From NCBI GenBank assembly GCA_963709345.1, contig CAVPVX010000007.1, positions 576,001 to 640,000 on the forward strand: a stretch of DNA of 64,000 nucleotides, in the 5' to 3' direction. The notes beneath the pieces are model-generated. The model made no database searches. It was not told the DNA's origin and worked only from the letters and a program-made list of their open reading frames with translations. The translations under genes and the position numbers were made by a program. Shown piece by piece: positions 9,476 to 19,550 of the stretch. Numbering within the stretch: position 1 is the stretch's first letter; the number at the start of each line of letters is the position of its first letter. This DNA is from an uncultured Actinomycetes bacterium. GTDB taxonomy: Bacteria; Actinomycetota; Thermoleophilia; UBA2241.

Positions 9476-10816
9476 TCAGCTCAGGTGATCTTCGATGAAG
9501 TGCGTGTTCACGTCGCCGGCCATGAACAGCGGGTGATCGAGCACCACGCGGTGGAACGGGATCACGGTCTTGACGCCGTCGACGAGGAACTGGTCGAGCG
9601 CCCAGCGCGAGCGCGCGAGACACTCCTCGCGGTCGCGCCCCCAGACGATGAGCTTGCCGAGCAGGCTGTCGTAGAACGGAGGGACCATGTAGCCCTGATA
9701 CACGTGGCTGTCGAGGCGCACCCACGGACCGCCGGGCGGGATCCACTGCGTGACGACACCCGGCGACGGCATGAAGCCCTGCGCCGGGTCCTCGGCGTTG
9801 ATGCGGAACTCGATGGCGTGGCCCTCGAGCGCGATCTCTTCCTGTCGCAACGGCAGCCCCTCGCCGGCGGCGATGCGGATGCCCGTCTTGACGATATCGA
9901 CGCCGCTGACCATCTCGGTGACGCAGTGCTCGACCTGCACACGCGTGTTCATCTCCATGAAGTAGAAGCTGCCGTCGCCGTCGAGCAGGAACTCGACGGT
10001 GCCGGCGCCCTCGTAGTGCGCCGCCACCGCGGCGGCGACGGCGGCGTCGCCCATCTGCCGACGCAGCTCCGGCGTCACCGCCGGCGACGGCGCCTCTTCG
10101 ATGAGCTTCTGGTGGCGCCGCTGGATGCTGCAGTCGCGCTCGCCGAGGTGCACGCCGTGGCCCTTGCCGTCGGCGAGCACCTGGATCTCGATGTGGCGCG
10201 GCGCGCCGATGTACTTCTCGACGTACACGGCGCCGTTCCCGAACGCGGCCTCCGCCTCAGCTTGCGCCTGACGCACGGCGCCGGCCAGCTCGGATTCCTC
10301 CTTGACGATGCGGATGCCCTTGCCGCCGCCGCCGGCGGACGCCTTGACCATGACCGGCAGCCCGATGTCACGGGCGACGACCTCAGCCTCGGCGGCGGTC
10401 TCGATGGTGCCCTCCGAGCCCGGCGTGACGCGCACGCCGGCGGCGGTCATCGTCGCGCGCGCCGCCGCCTTGTCGCCCATGAGGTCGATGCTCTCCGGCG
10501 ACGGACCGATGAACTTGACACCCTGCTCGCGGCACAGGCGGCTGAACTCGGCGCGCTCGGCGAGGAACCCGTAGCCGGGGTGGATCGCCTCGGCGCCCGT
10601 CTGCAGGGCCGCCTGGACGAGCACCGGCATCACGAGATAGCTCTGCGCGGCCGGCGCCGGGCCGATGCACACCGCCTCGTCGGCGTACCTGACGTGCAGA
10701 CACTCCTCGTCGGCCTCGCTGTAGACGGCGACGGTGGCCACGCCGAGCTCACGACAGGCGCGGATGACGCGGATGGCTATCTCGCCACGGTTGGCGATGA
10801 GGACCTTGGTGAACAT
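9476..10816 (-). CDS. accC: Biotin carboxylase (acetyl-CoA carboxylase BC subunit)
   Basis: KVLIANRGEIA, HPGYGFLAE, GGGGKG, ERDCSIQRRHQK, EMNTRVQVEH and YDSLLGKLI. Confidence 0.95.
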   Translation of the reverse strand: MFTKVLIANRGEIAIRVIRACRELGVATVAVYSEADEECLHVRYADEAVCIGPAPAAQSYLVMPVLVQAALQTGAEAIHPGYGFLAERAEFSRLCREQGVKFIGPSPESIDLMGDKAAARATMTAAGVRVTPGSEGTIETAAEAEVVARDIGLPVMVKASAGGGGKGIRIVKEESELAGAVRQAQAEAEAAFGNGAVYVEKYIGAPRHIEIQVLADGKGHGVHLGERDCSIQRRHQKLIEEAPSPAVTPELRRQMGDAAVAAAVAAHYEGAGTVEFLLDGDGSFYFMEMNTRVQVEHCVTEMVSGVDIVKTGIRIAAGEGLPLRQEEIALEGHAIEFRINAEDPAQGFMPSPGVVTQWIPPGGPWVRLDSHVYQGYMVPPFYDSLLGKLIVWGRDREECLARSRWALDQFLVDGVKTVIPFHRVVLDHPLFMAGDVNTHFIEDHLS

Positions 10817-10945
10817 GCACACTCCTTGCCGACGGTCGCCGGATTATAGCAATGACCGAGGTCGCCGCCCGACCTGCCGCCGGCGCGCCCGCGGCCGCAG
10901 GCGCCGGGCGTTGCCAGGAAGCGTAACGCTTTGGCCCGGCGGACC

Positions 10946-10973
10946 CTCATGCGCCGGCCCCCGCTGCCGATAC
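10946..10973 (+). promoter_or_regulatory. Putative sigma28/FliA/WhiG-type promoter
   Basis: CTCA-N16-GCCGATAC immediately upstream of a structured element. Confidence 0.35.
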
Positions 10974-11234
10974 CCAAGTCGAGACCGGGTAGGACAACTC
11001 ACCGGGCTACGGCCCGGCATCTCATCCTCTCTCTCAGCCGGGCCGGTCTCCTTCGATAGACACACGGACAGCCCGCATCCGAGTGAAGGCCCCCGCCGGC
11101 CCGGCGCTCTTCTCTTCCTCTTCTCCTCACGGCAGACGCCACGGCGTCGCGACGTCCACCCGCAACCCGCCGGCGGCCCTCGCAGACGAAGGTCGATGCG
11201 CTACACTAGCTCCGCGACCCGGCGGGAGGTACGA

Positions 11235-13271
11235 GTGCCCAGCGCGACCAAGAAGACTCTGGCGATCATCGACGACGACACCGAACTGCTCGACGAGCTG
11301 TCCCGGGCGTTCGCTCTCAAGTACAGGATCGTCGCCGATCCCGGCGACCCGGGCACACTGCGCCTGCTGCAGGACAAGGCGCCGGCGGCGATCATCCTCG
11401 ACCTCGACCTCGGTACCTTCGACCCGTTCGAACTGCTCCGCCTCATCTCCGGCGACTCCGGCCTTCGCGGCACGCCGATCCTCGTGCTCGCCTCGGACGG
11501 CGACTTCTCGACCTTTGAGCACGCGCACCGCATCGGCGCCTCCGAGTTCGTCACCAAGCCGTTCGCTCCCGACGAGCTCGGCCACAAGCTCGACGCACTC
11601 ATCAGCGGCCGCACGCAGCGCGCCGCCGGGCGCCTCAAGCTGGGCGCGCTCCTCGTCGCCAGCGGCCTGGTCACCCAGGGGCAGCTCGACGGCGCCCTCG
11701 AGCGCCAGCACGACGGCGGCGGACGCCTCGGCGAGGTGCTGGTGGCCGAGGGGCTCGTCGACGAGCAGGACATCGTCAGCGCCGTCGCCGGCCAGATGCG
11801 CATCGGCGTCATCGATCTCGCCCACACCAGCCCCCAGCCGGCCGCACTCGGCCTGCTGCCGCGCGACTTCATCGTGCGCCGCCGACTGATGCCGGTCAGC
11901 ATCGACGACGACAGCCTCGTACTGGCGATGACCAACCCGCTGGACGTGATCTCCATCGACGAGGTGGGCATGCGCACCAAGAAGCGCATCGTGCCCGCCA
12001 TCTGCTCCGAATCCGGCTTCGACGAAGCGGTCGCGATCTACTTCAGCTCGCGCGGCAAGCTCAAGGACGCGCGCGACGAAGACGAGGAGGGGGCGCCGTC
12101 CGGCGACCTCGACGCCGACACCATCGAGCTCGTCGACAGTCTGCTCACCGACGCGGCCAGCATGGGCGCCTCGGACATCCACCTCGAGCCGCGCGAGGAC
12201 TCCTTCGTCGTGCGCTGCCGCATCGACGGCGTGCTCCACGAGCTGCGCGAGTTCCCCAAGGACTGGCAGGCCGGCATCACGAGTCGCCTGAAGATCCTGG
12301 GCAACCTCAACATCGCCGAACGCCGGCTGCCCCAGGACGGCCGCGCGTCGTTCGAGCTGTCGAGCGGCGAGGCGGTCGACCTGCGCCTCGCCTGCATCCC
12401 GAGCATGTACGGTGAGAACATCACGATCCGCATCCTCGAGGTGTCGGCGCTGCCGCCGACGCTGGCGTCACTAGGACTCGTCGGCGACAATCTCGCGCGC
12501 TTCGAGAAGGCCTTGAAGGCGCCGGAGGGCGGCATCGTCATCGTCGGCCCCACCGGGTCGGGCAAGTCAACCACGCTGTACACGACGCTCGAGCTCATCA
12601 AGTCGCCCGAGCGCAAGATCTACACCGTCGAGGACCCGGTCGAGCGCAAGATCGACGGCATCATCCAGACGGAGATCAAGCCGGCGATCGGCCTCACCTT
12701 CGCCCAGGCGCTCCGGGCGCTCGTGCGTGCCGACCCGGATGTGATCATGGTCGGCGAGATCCGCGACCTCGAGACCGCCAAGATGGCCGCCGACTCGGCC
12801 GTCACCGGTCACCAGGTGTTCAGCACCCTGCACACCAACGACGCCTCGGCAGCGGTCAACCGCCTCGTCGAGATGGGCGTCCCGCGCTATCTCGTCGCCG
12901 CGGCCTGGCGCTGCTTCGTCGCCCAGCGGCTCGTGCGCCGCCTCTGCCCTCACTGCCGGGAGGCGGCCACGCTCACCGACCGGAAGTGGGAGGATCTCGG
13001 CCTGGGGCCGGCGCCGCGAAAGCGGCTCAAGATCTACAACCCGGTCGGCTGCGCCAAGTGCTTCGGCACCGGCTACCGCGGGCGCGTCGGCCTCTACGAG
13101 GTCCTGGTGGTCGACGACGACCTGCGCGACCTCATCGCCACCGGCGGGAGCGTGCTCGAGATCCAGCGTCTGGCGCGCGGCATGGGCGTCGCTTCGCTCC
13201 GCGATGACGGCGTGGCCAAGGTCCTCGACGGGGCGACGAGCTACCTCGAGTTGCTGCGCGTCACCGTGTAA
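11235..13271 (+). CDS. PilB/GspE-family secretion ATPase with N-terminal receiver domain and MshEN-like domain
   Basis: REC features (IIDDD, ILDLD, TKPF), KLGALLV..G and RLGEVLV..G MshEN-like repeats, Walker A GPTGSGKST, GEIRD, STLHTND and tetracysteine motif. GGAGGT RBS before GTG. Confidence 0.9.
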   Translation: MPSATKKTLAIIDDDTELLDELSRAFALKYRIVADPGDPGTLRLLQDKAPAAIILDLDLGTFDPFELLRLISGDSGLRGTPILVLASDGDFSTFEHAHRIGASEFVTKPFAPDELGHKLDALISGRTQRAAGRLKLGALLVASGLVTQGQLDGALERQHDGGGRLGEVLVAEGLVDEQDIVSAVAGQMRIGVIDLAHTSPQPAALGLLPRDFIVRRRLMPVSIDDDSLVLAMTNPLDVISIDEVGMRTKKRIVPAICSESGFDEAVAIYFSSRGKLKDARDEDEEGAPSGDLDADTIELVDSLLTDAASMGASDIHLEPREDSFVVRCRIDGVLHELREFPKDWQAGITSRLKILGNLNIAERRLPQDGRASFELSSGEAVDLRLACIPSMYGENITIRILEVSALPPTLASLGLVGDNLARFEKALKAPEGGIVIVGPTGSGKSTTLYTTLELIKSPERKIYTVEDPVERKIDGIIQTEIKPAIGLTFAQALRALVRADPDVIMVGEIRDLETAKMAADSAVTGHQVFSTLHTNDASAAVNRLVEMGVPRYLVAAAWRCFVAQRLVRRLCPHCREAATLTDRKWEDLGLGPAPRKRLKIYNPVGCAKCFGTGYRGRVGLYEVLVVDDDLRDLIATGGSVLEIQRLARGMGVASLRDDGVAKVLDGATSYLELLRVTV

Positions 13272-13513
13272 CGCCGAGCGCGACGCCGTCGCCCGCGCCG
13301 GCTACGCTCCCACGGTCTCCCTAGACGCCTGTACCATACGTGCCCGGCACGGCCGGTCGATGCCATGAACAGGAGACCGGAAGTGGCCTGAGAGAGGACC
13401 TTCCCAGTCCACCACAAGACTGGTCGGCGGCGCAAAGCGGGGGCTTGCACCGCCGGCCGTTCCACGTACGTAGGCCGGCGCCCGCGGCCGGCCTCCGCGC
13501 CCGACGATGCAGG

Positions 13514-13530
13514 ATACCCCCGGTGGGTAT
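13514..13530. promoter_or_regulatory. CsoR-type operator upstream of copA
   Basis: ATACCCCCGGTGGGTAT (TAC-C-tract/G-tract-GTA pseudo-palindrome), overlapping a TATACT -10 element. Confidence 0.75.
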
Positions 13531-13568
13531 ACTCGATATGGGTGCAACGTCGACACGCCCAAGAAGTG

Positions 13569-16037
13569 ATGGACGACCACGAGATCACGATAGAACTGCC
13601 GATCACCGGCATGACGTGCGCCAGTTGCGTGGCGAGGACCGAACGCGCCATCGCCAAGGTCGACGGCGTCGGCACGACCGCCGTCAACCTCGCCACCGAG
13701 AAGGCGACCGTCAAGTTCGACCCGCACGCAGCCTCCACCGGCGACCTGGTCGCAGCCGTCGAGGGCGCAGGCTACGGCGTCGTCACGGCCCGAGCGACCA
13801 TCCCGATCATCGGCATGACCTGCGCCAGCTGCGTCGCCCGCGTCGAGCGCGCCCTGAGCAAGCCTCCGGGCGTGCTCTCGGCAGACGTCAATCTGGCGAC
13901 CGAGAAGGCGACCGTCACCTACGTCGCCGGGCAGGCGACCTACGACGATCTCGTCTCCGCGGTGCGCGGCGCCGGGTATGAGGTCGCCCCGGCGGAGGCG
14001 GGCGAGGGCGGCGCCGCGACGGCGGTGACCGCCGAAGAGGCGGCTCGAGCCGCCGCCTACCGGCGGCTGAAACAGAAGGTCGTCGTCGGCTTCGTGCTCA
14101 GCGTCGTGATCTTCGTCGGCACCATGCAGCCGCACTGGTTCCCCTTCCTGCCGGAGTGGCTGCACAACGGCTACCTGCTCTGGGCCCTGGCCAGCATCGT
14201 CCAGTTCTGGGTCGGACGGCAGTTCTACACGACCGCCTGGTCGGCGCTGAAGCACGGCACCACGACCATGAACACCCTCGTGGCCATGGGGTCGTCGGCG
14301 GCCTACCTGTACAGCGTCCTGGGCGTCCTCTTCCCCGCCTTTTTCGCGCATCAGGGCCTCGGCGAGCCGATGTACTTCGACTCCTCGGCGTTCATCATCA
14401 CCCTGATCCTGCTCGGCCGGCTGCTCGAGGCGCGTGCCAAGGGGCAGACCGGCGCCGCGATCAAGGCGCTGATCGGGCTGCAGCCGCGCACGGCGCGCGT
14501 GGTGCGCGACGGAGCCGAGGTCGACGTCCCGGTCGCGGAGGTGCTCGTGGGGGACCACGTGGTCGTGCGCCCCGGTGAGCGCGTGCCGGTCGACGGCATC
14601 GTCGAGCACGGGGCGTCGCCGGTCGACGAGTCCATGCTCACCGGCGAGTCCATCCCGGTGGCCAAGGGCGCCGGCGACGAAGTCATCGGCGCCACCATGA
14701 ACACGACCGGTTCCTTCACCTTCACGGCGACGCGCGTCGGCTCCGAGACGGCGCTGGCGCAGATCATCAGGCTGGTCGAGCAGGCGCAGGGCTCCAAACC
14801 GCCGATCGCGCGGCTCGCCGACGTCATCGCCGCGTACTTCGTGCCGGCGGTGATCGTCATCGCCACCGTCACGCTCGTCGTCTGGCTGCTGCTCGGACCC
14901 CCGCCCGCGCTCAACTACGCCCTGCTGAACTTCGTCGCGGTCCTCGTCATCGCCTGCCCCTGCGCCCTCGGCCTGGCGACGCCGACGGCGATCATGGTCG
15001 GCACCGGCAAGGGCGCCGAGAACGGTGTGCTGATCCGAGACGGCGGCGCGCTGGAGACGGCCCACAAGCTCGACGCCGTCGTGCTCGACAAGACCGGGAC
15101 GATCACCGAGGGCAAGCCCCGTGTGACCGACGTCGTCCTGTTCGGCGCCGAGGACGGCGACGCGCCCCCCGGCGGCCTGGACGACGACGGTCTACTGCGC
15201 CTGGTGGCGGCCGCCGAACGCGGCAGTGAGCATCCACTGGCGGCGGCGATCCTCGCCGCCGCCGCCGAGCGCGGGGTCGACGTGCCCGCGGCGAGCGGCT
15301 TCGAGGCGATCGCCGGCCACGGCATCCGCGCCGAGGTCGACGGCCACACCGTCGTGGCCGGCAACGAGCGGCTCGCGGGAACCGCCGCGGCGGGATTCGT
15401 GCAGCGTCTTGCGTCCGACGGCAAGACCGTCGTGACCGTCGTCGTCGACGACGAACCGGTCGGAGCCATCGCCATCGCCGACACGGTCAAGCCGAGCTCG
15501 GCGGCTGCCATCGGCCGCCTCAGGCGGCTCGGCCTCGAGGTCGTGATGCTGACCGGCGACCACCGCCGCACGGCGGAGGCGATAGCCGGTCAGGTCGGTA
15601 TCGACCGCGTGGTGGCCGAGGTCCTGCCCGGGCAGAAGGCGGCCGTAGTCGCCGAGCTGCAGGGCGAGGGCAGGCGGGTGGCCATGGTGGGCGACGGCAT
15701 CAACGACGCTCCGGCGCTGGCGCAGGCCGACGTCGGCATCGCCATCGGCACGGGCACCGACGTCGCCATGGAGGCCAGCGACGTCACGCTCATGTCGGGC
15801 GACCTTGGCGGAGTCGCGACGGCCATCGAGTTGTCGCGAGCGACGATCCGCACCGTGAAGCAGAACCTCTTCTGGGCGTTCGCCTACAACGTCGCCTTGA
15901 TACCGCTGGCGGCGGGCGTCTTCTACCCGTCGTTCGGTATCCTGCTCAATCCCATCTATGCGGCGGCCGCAATGGGCCTGAGCAGCGTCACCGTGGTCAC
16001 CAACAGCCTCCGGCTGCGGCGCTTTCGCGCCGACTGA
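13569..16037 (+). CDS. copA: Copper-translocating P1B-type ATPase
   Basis: Two GMTCASC HMA domains, [25 protein letters not shown], and YN and MGLSS motifs. Confidence 0.95.
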   Translation: MDDHEITIELPITGMTCASCVARTERAIAKVDGVGTTAVNLATEKATVKFDPHAASTGDLVAAVEGAGYGVVTARATIPIIGMTCASCVARVERALSKPPGVLSADVNLATEKATVTYVAGQATYDDLVSAVRGAGYEVAPAEAGEGGAATAVTAEEAARAAAYRRLKQKVVVGFVLSVVIFVGTMQPHWFPFLPEWLHNGYLLWALASIVQFWVGRQFYTTAWSALKHGTTTMNTLVAMGSSAAYLYSVLGVLFPAFFAHQGLGEPMYFDSSAFIITLILLGRLLEARAKGQTGAAIKALIGLQPRTARVVRDGAEVDVPVAEVLVGDHVVVRPGERVPVDGIVEHGASPVDESMLTGESIPVAKGAGDEVIGATMNTTGSFTFTATRVGSETALAQIIRLVEQAQGSKPPIARLADVIAAYFVPAVIVIATVTLVVWLLLGPPPALNYALLNFVAVLVIACPCALGLATPTAIMVGTGKGAENGVLIRDGGALETAHKLDAVVLDKTGTITEGKPRVTDVVLFGAEDGDAPPGGLDDDGLLRLVAAAERGSEHPLAAAILAAAAERGVDVPAASGFEAIAGHGIRAEVDGHTVVAGNERLAGTAAAGFVQRLASDGKTVVTVVVDDEPVGAIAIADTVKPSSAAAIGRLRRLGLEVVMLTGDHRRTAEAIAGQVGIDRVVAEVLPGQKAAVVAELQGEGRRVAMVGDGINDAPALAQADVGIAIGTGTDVAMEASDVTLMSGDLGGVATAIELSRATIRTVKQNLFWAFAYNVALIPLAAGVFYPSFGILLNPIYAAAAMGLSSVTVVTNSLRLRRFRAD

Positions 16038-16083
16038 GGCGCGGCCTCGGCCCGGGACGGAGGAGCGACCTAGACCCGTACGT

Positions 16084-16121
16084 GAAGAGAGGGACGATCC
16101 GCGCCTTGCGAACCGTCCCTC
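16084..16121 (-). terminator. Intrinsic terminator-like hairpin downstream of the small ORF
   Basis: Minus strand GAGGGACGGTTCGC-AAGGC-GCGGATCGTCCCTC-TCTTC gives 14 bp with two G-U pairs that form only on the minus strand. Confidence 0.6.
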
Positions 16122-16170
16122 AAGGCGGCGACGATGGCTTGTCTGCTCGTCCGTTCATCTTCCACCACGA

Positions 16171-16239
16171 TCACTTGCGGCGCTTGCCGTAGCGATCCTC
16201 CTGCTTGATGCGCTGTCTGGTGAAGTGCACAGGTCCCAT
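16171..16239 (-). CDS. Putative 22-aa basic small protein MGPVHFTRQRIKQEDRYGKRRK
   Basis: Perfect GAGGAGGTGA RBS, TAGACT -10 upstream and a strand-specific terminator downstream. Confidence 0.55.
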   Translation of the reverse strand: MGPVHFTRQRIKQEDRYGKRRK

Positions 16240-16310
16240 GGTCTCACCTCCTCGAGTGACGTGGTTCGCACTAAGAGTCTATCCGCCGGCACGCCGTAAA
16301 TAAACCTTGA

Positions 16311-16328
16311 TTGTGAACTACGTCACAT
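16311..16328. promoter_or_regulatory. Rex/CRP-type palindromic operator
   Basis: TTGTGAACTACGTCACAT contains a perfect TGTGA-N6-TCACA in an AT-rich divergent promoter region. Confidence 0.6.
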
Positions 16329-16494
16329 AATTCTCGGTCACCACTCCTTCGTGCCGGTGTCCAGAACGGCCAAGGAAGGTCCCAAATGTCAGTTCGCCCG
16401 TCCATTGTCACCCTCGGGGACCTGATGCGAGGATGAATGGAGCAGCGGCCGGCGGCGCCCTCCGTCACGCCGGCCGCCAGGCAGAAGGGGTCTC

Positions 16495-17163
16495 ATGCTC
16501 AGCGTTCTCGACCGGCACGCCATCGGACAACTGCTCCGCACCAAGGAGGTCGACGCCTGGGGCGTCGCCGCCAACGAGCCGCAGCTGCCCCTCGCGCCGG
16601 CGCATCCCCGAGCGATCGCGATCCTCATGCGCCTCGATCCTCTGGTCGTCCGCGGCCTGCGCCACGGTCCGACCCTCGACTACCAGCAGGAGTACTCACG
16701 CGTCAACCAGGCGCTCGACGACGCGACCGGGACCCTGGTCGACGTCCTTCGCGCCCACCACCACGCGGCGAAGCTCGTCCCCGCCACGGAGAACCAGGGC
16801 AACGGCCACCGGCCCTTCCCACACAAGACGGCGGCCACGAGCGCGGGCCTCGGCTGGATCGGCAAGACGGCGCTCTTCGTCTCGCCCGACTTCGGACCGG
16901 CCGTCCGGCTCGCCACCGTCTTCACCGACCTCGAACTGCCGCCGAGCGAGCCCATCCGTGAAGGCCGCTGCGGCGACTGCCGCGCCTGCGTGGACGCCTG
17001 CCCGGCTGGCTGTGGCAGGGACGTCCGCTGGAAGGCGGGCGTGGCCCGCGACCTGCTCTTCGATGCCGCCGCCTGCCGGCACCACATGACGAGCTTCAGC
17101 GGACTCGACGTCGAGATCTGCGGGATCTGCATAGCGGCCTGCCCGTACTCGCTGCGGCACTGA
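16495..17163 (+). CDS. QueG-like (epoxyqueuosine reductase family) 4Fe-4S dicluster protein
   Basis: HKTAATSAGLGWIGK, FGPAVRLATVFTD, CGDCRACVDACP and CGICIAACP. Confidence 0.8.
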   Translation: MLSVLDRHAIGQLLRTKEVDAWGVAANEPQLPLAPAHPRAIAILMRLDPLVVRGLRHGPTLDYQQEYSRVNQALDDATGTLVDVLRAHHHAAKLVPATENQGNGHRPFPHKTAATSAGLGWIGKTALFVSPDFGPAVRLATVFTDLELPPSEPIREGRCGDCRACVDACPAGCGRDVRWKAGVARDLLFDAAACRHHMTSFSGLDVEICGICIAACPYSLRH

Positions 17164-17214
17164 CGCCGCGCCGCGGCCGCCTGCCGCGGGCACCCGGCTT
17201 CGCTGAGAGACACC

Positions 17215-17271
17215 TTGTTCCTCCGCCTCCGCGGTGCTACTCTCACACCTTATTGAAAGCGGTTTTCACTT
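17215..17271 (+). promoter_or_regulatory. Sigma70-type promoter plus Zur box
   Basis: TTGTTC-N17-TACTCT, followed by TATTGAAAGCGGTTTTCACTT (TGAAA-N5-TTTCA), which resembles actinobacterial Zur sites. Confidence 0.7.
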
Positions 17272-17286
17272 GCAGAAAGGCTCCAT

Positions 17287-17739
17287 GTGACGCTCCACAC
17301 CGACGACATCGCGAGGACGATGGCGGACCACGGGCTGCGCCTCACGCGCCAGCGCCGCGCCGTCCTCGACGCGGTCACCCACGCCTCCTCAAGCGTGAGT
17401 GCGCTGCAGGTCTTCGACGCGGCCAGAGAGACCTGCCCTGAGCTCGGGCTGACGACCGTGTATCGGACGCTGGACGTCCTCAGCGAGCTCGGCGCCCTGC
17501 GCCGCGTCCACGGTCTCGACAACTGCGAGGCGTTCGTCCCCGCCGGCGCCGCGCACGGCCACACCGTCGTCTGCAGCTCGTGCGGCAGCACCACCGAGTT
17601 CACCGACTGCGACATGCATGCGGTCGTCGCCGCCGCGACGCGGCAGACCGGGTACCGGATCACGGAGCACTTCCTGCAGCTCACCGGCATCTGCTCCGCC
17701 TGCGCTGCCCGAGACACCTGCGCGGGGAGAGCCCAGTGA
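17287..17739 (+). CDS. zur: Fur-family regulator, probably Zur
   Basis: RLTRQR, TVYRTL, HGHTVVCSSC and C-terminal CSAC. Heads a Zn/Mn ABC operon. Confidence 0.8.
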   Translation: MTLHTDDIARTMADHGLRLTRQRRAVLDAVTHASSSVSALQVFDAARETCPELGLTTVYRTLDVLSELGALRRVHGLDNCEAFVPAGAAHGHTVVCSSCGSTTEFTDCDMHAVVAAATRQTGYRITEHFLQLTGICSACAARDTCAGRAQ

Positions 17740-18722
17740 CGCGCCGCTCCAGCCTGCGGGCCGTCCTCGCGCTCCTGCTCGTCTCCCTGTCGGTCACAGC
17801 CCTTCTCGTGGCGGCCGGCTGCGGCAAGGACAAGACGTCGGCGGAGACGGGCTCACTCGCGGTCTTCGCCACGGGCACGGTCCTCGCCGACGTCGCGCAG
17901 AACGTGGCCGGGGACCGCTTCACGGTCGAGTCGCTCGTCCCTCGCGACGCCGACATGCACGCCTACGAGCCCACCACCCGCGACCTCGCGCGCGTCAGCG
18001 AAGCCGATCTCTTCATCCTGAACGGCGGCGGCCTCGAACAGACGCTTGAGCCTACCTTGCGGAGCGTCGCCCCCGACACCACGTTCGTCGTGGCTGCCGA
18101 AGGACTGCCGCCGAGGACGCCGCAACCCAGCGAACCGCTTCGCGATCACGAGGGCGAGGACGCCGGCCACGAAGACGAGCATGCACACGAGACCGACCCG
18201 CACTTCTGGCTCGACCCGATGCGCGTGGTCAAGTACGTTGAGAACATCCGCGACGCGTACTCCGAGGCCGACCCGGGCGGCGCCGAGCAGTACCGCGCGA
18301 ATGCCGTGGCCTACATCGCCGAGCTGGAAGGCCTCGACGCCTGGATAGAGAATGAAGTGGCCACCCTGCCCGAGGAACGGCGCGTACTGATCATGAACCA
18401 CGTGAGCCACGGCTACTTCGCCGACCGCTACGGATTCCGCATCGCCGGGGCCGTCATCCCCAGCGTGTCGACCGGCGCGTCACCGACGGCCAAGCAACTC
18501 GCCGTACTGACCACGACGATTCGCGAGCAGGGCGTGCCGGTCATCTTCGTCCAGGGTATCGAGAACCCGCAGCTCGCGGAGCAGATCGCCGCCGAGACCG
18601 GCATCACCGTGGTCGACGACCTGCGCGCCGGCTCGCTGACCGAGGCGGACGGCGACGCGCCGACCTACATCGACATGATGAAGGTCGACGCCCGGAAGAT
18701 CGTCTCGGCGCTGCGGCAGTAG
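17736..18722 (+). CDS. znuA: Zn/Mn ABC transporter substrate-binding lipoprotein
   Basis: Lipobox AAGC, DMHAYEP, His/acidic loop and DPHFWLDP. Confidence 0.88.
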   Translation: MTRRSSLRAVLALLLVSLSVTALLVAAGCGKDKTSAETGSLAVFATGTVLADVAQNVAGDRFTVESLVPRDADMHAYEPTTRDLARVSEADLFILNGGGLEQTLEPTLRSVAPDTTFVVAAEGLPPRTPQPSEPLRDHEGEDAGHEDEHAHETDPHFWLDPMRVVKYVENIRDAYSEADPGGAEQYRANAVAYIAELEGLDAWIENEVATLPEERRVLIMNHVSHGYFADRYGFRIAGAVIPSVSTGASPTAKQLAVLTTTIREQGVPVIFVQGIENPQLAEQIAAETGITVVDDLRAGSLTEADGDAPTYIDMMKVDARKIVSALRQ

Positions 18723-18730
18723 AGGCTCCC

Positions 18731-19550
18731 TTGTCCGAGCCGTACCTGGCCATCGACGACGCGACCGCCGGCTATGACGGGCGCCCGGCTCTGTCCGGCG
18801 TGACGATGCACGTCCCCCACGGCGCACAGGTGGCGATCGTCGGCCCGAACGGCGCCGGCAAGTCCACCCTCTTCAAGGCCCTGGTCGGTTTGCTCCCTCT
18901 GCGCTCCGGGCGAATACTCGCTTCACGGCCGGCAACCCGGCGGCCAGACGGATCCCATCGCCTACGTGCCGCAGCGCGAGGAGATCGACTGGGGCTTCCC
19001 AGTGACGGTGCACGACGTCGTCATGATGGGTCGGTACGGTCGTCTGGGATGGTTCTCGCGGCCGCGGACGGCCGACCGCGAGGTGGTCGGGCGCTGCCTG
19101 GACGAGCTCGGCATCGCCGAGCTCGCGGGGCGCGCCATCGGCGAGCTGTCCGGCGGCCAGCAGCAGCGCGTGTTCCTGGCGCGAGCGCTCGCGCAGGAGC
19201 CGCACGTCCTGTTGCTCGACGAACCCTTCACCGGGGTGGACGTCGGCGCCCGCGAGGCGCTCCTCGACCTGCTCGCCAAGCTGCACGGGCAACAGATCAC
19301 CGTGCTCGTCAGCACCCACGATATGGACATCGCCGCGCGGCGCTTCGAGCTGGTCGCGCTCCTGAACGGCCGGCTGGTCGCCTACGGCGCGCCGGCCGAG
19401 GTCTTCACCCCAGAGCACCTGACCGAGGCCTTTGGCGGCCAGGCTCTCTTCCTCGACGGCATGGTCGTGATCGACCAGTGCTGTCCCGGCCACGTCGGCG
19501 ACGGCGAAGCCCACCGCCACAGTCACGAGCCGCACGCGGGGCCGCGATGA
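18731..19550 (+). CDS. znuC: Zn/Mn ABC transporter ATP-binding protein, with apparent single-base frameshift near 18920
   Basis: Walker A GPNGAGKST is in one frame. AYVPQR, LSGGQQQRVFLARAL and LLLDEP are in the +1 frame. Confidence 0.85.
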
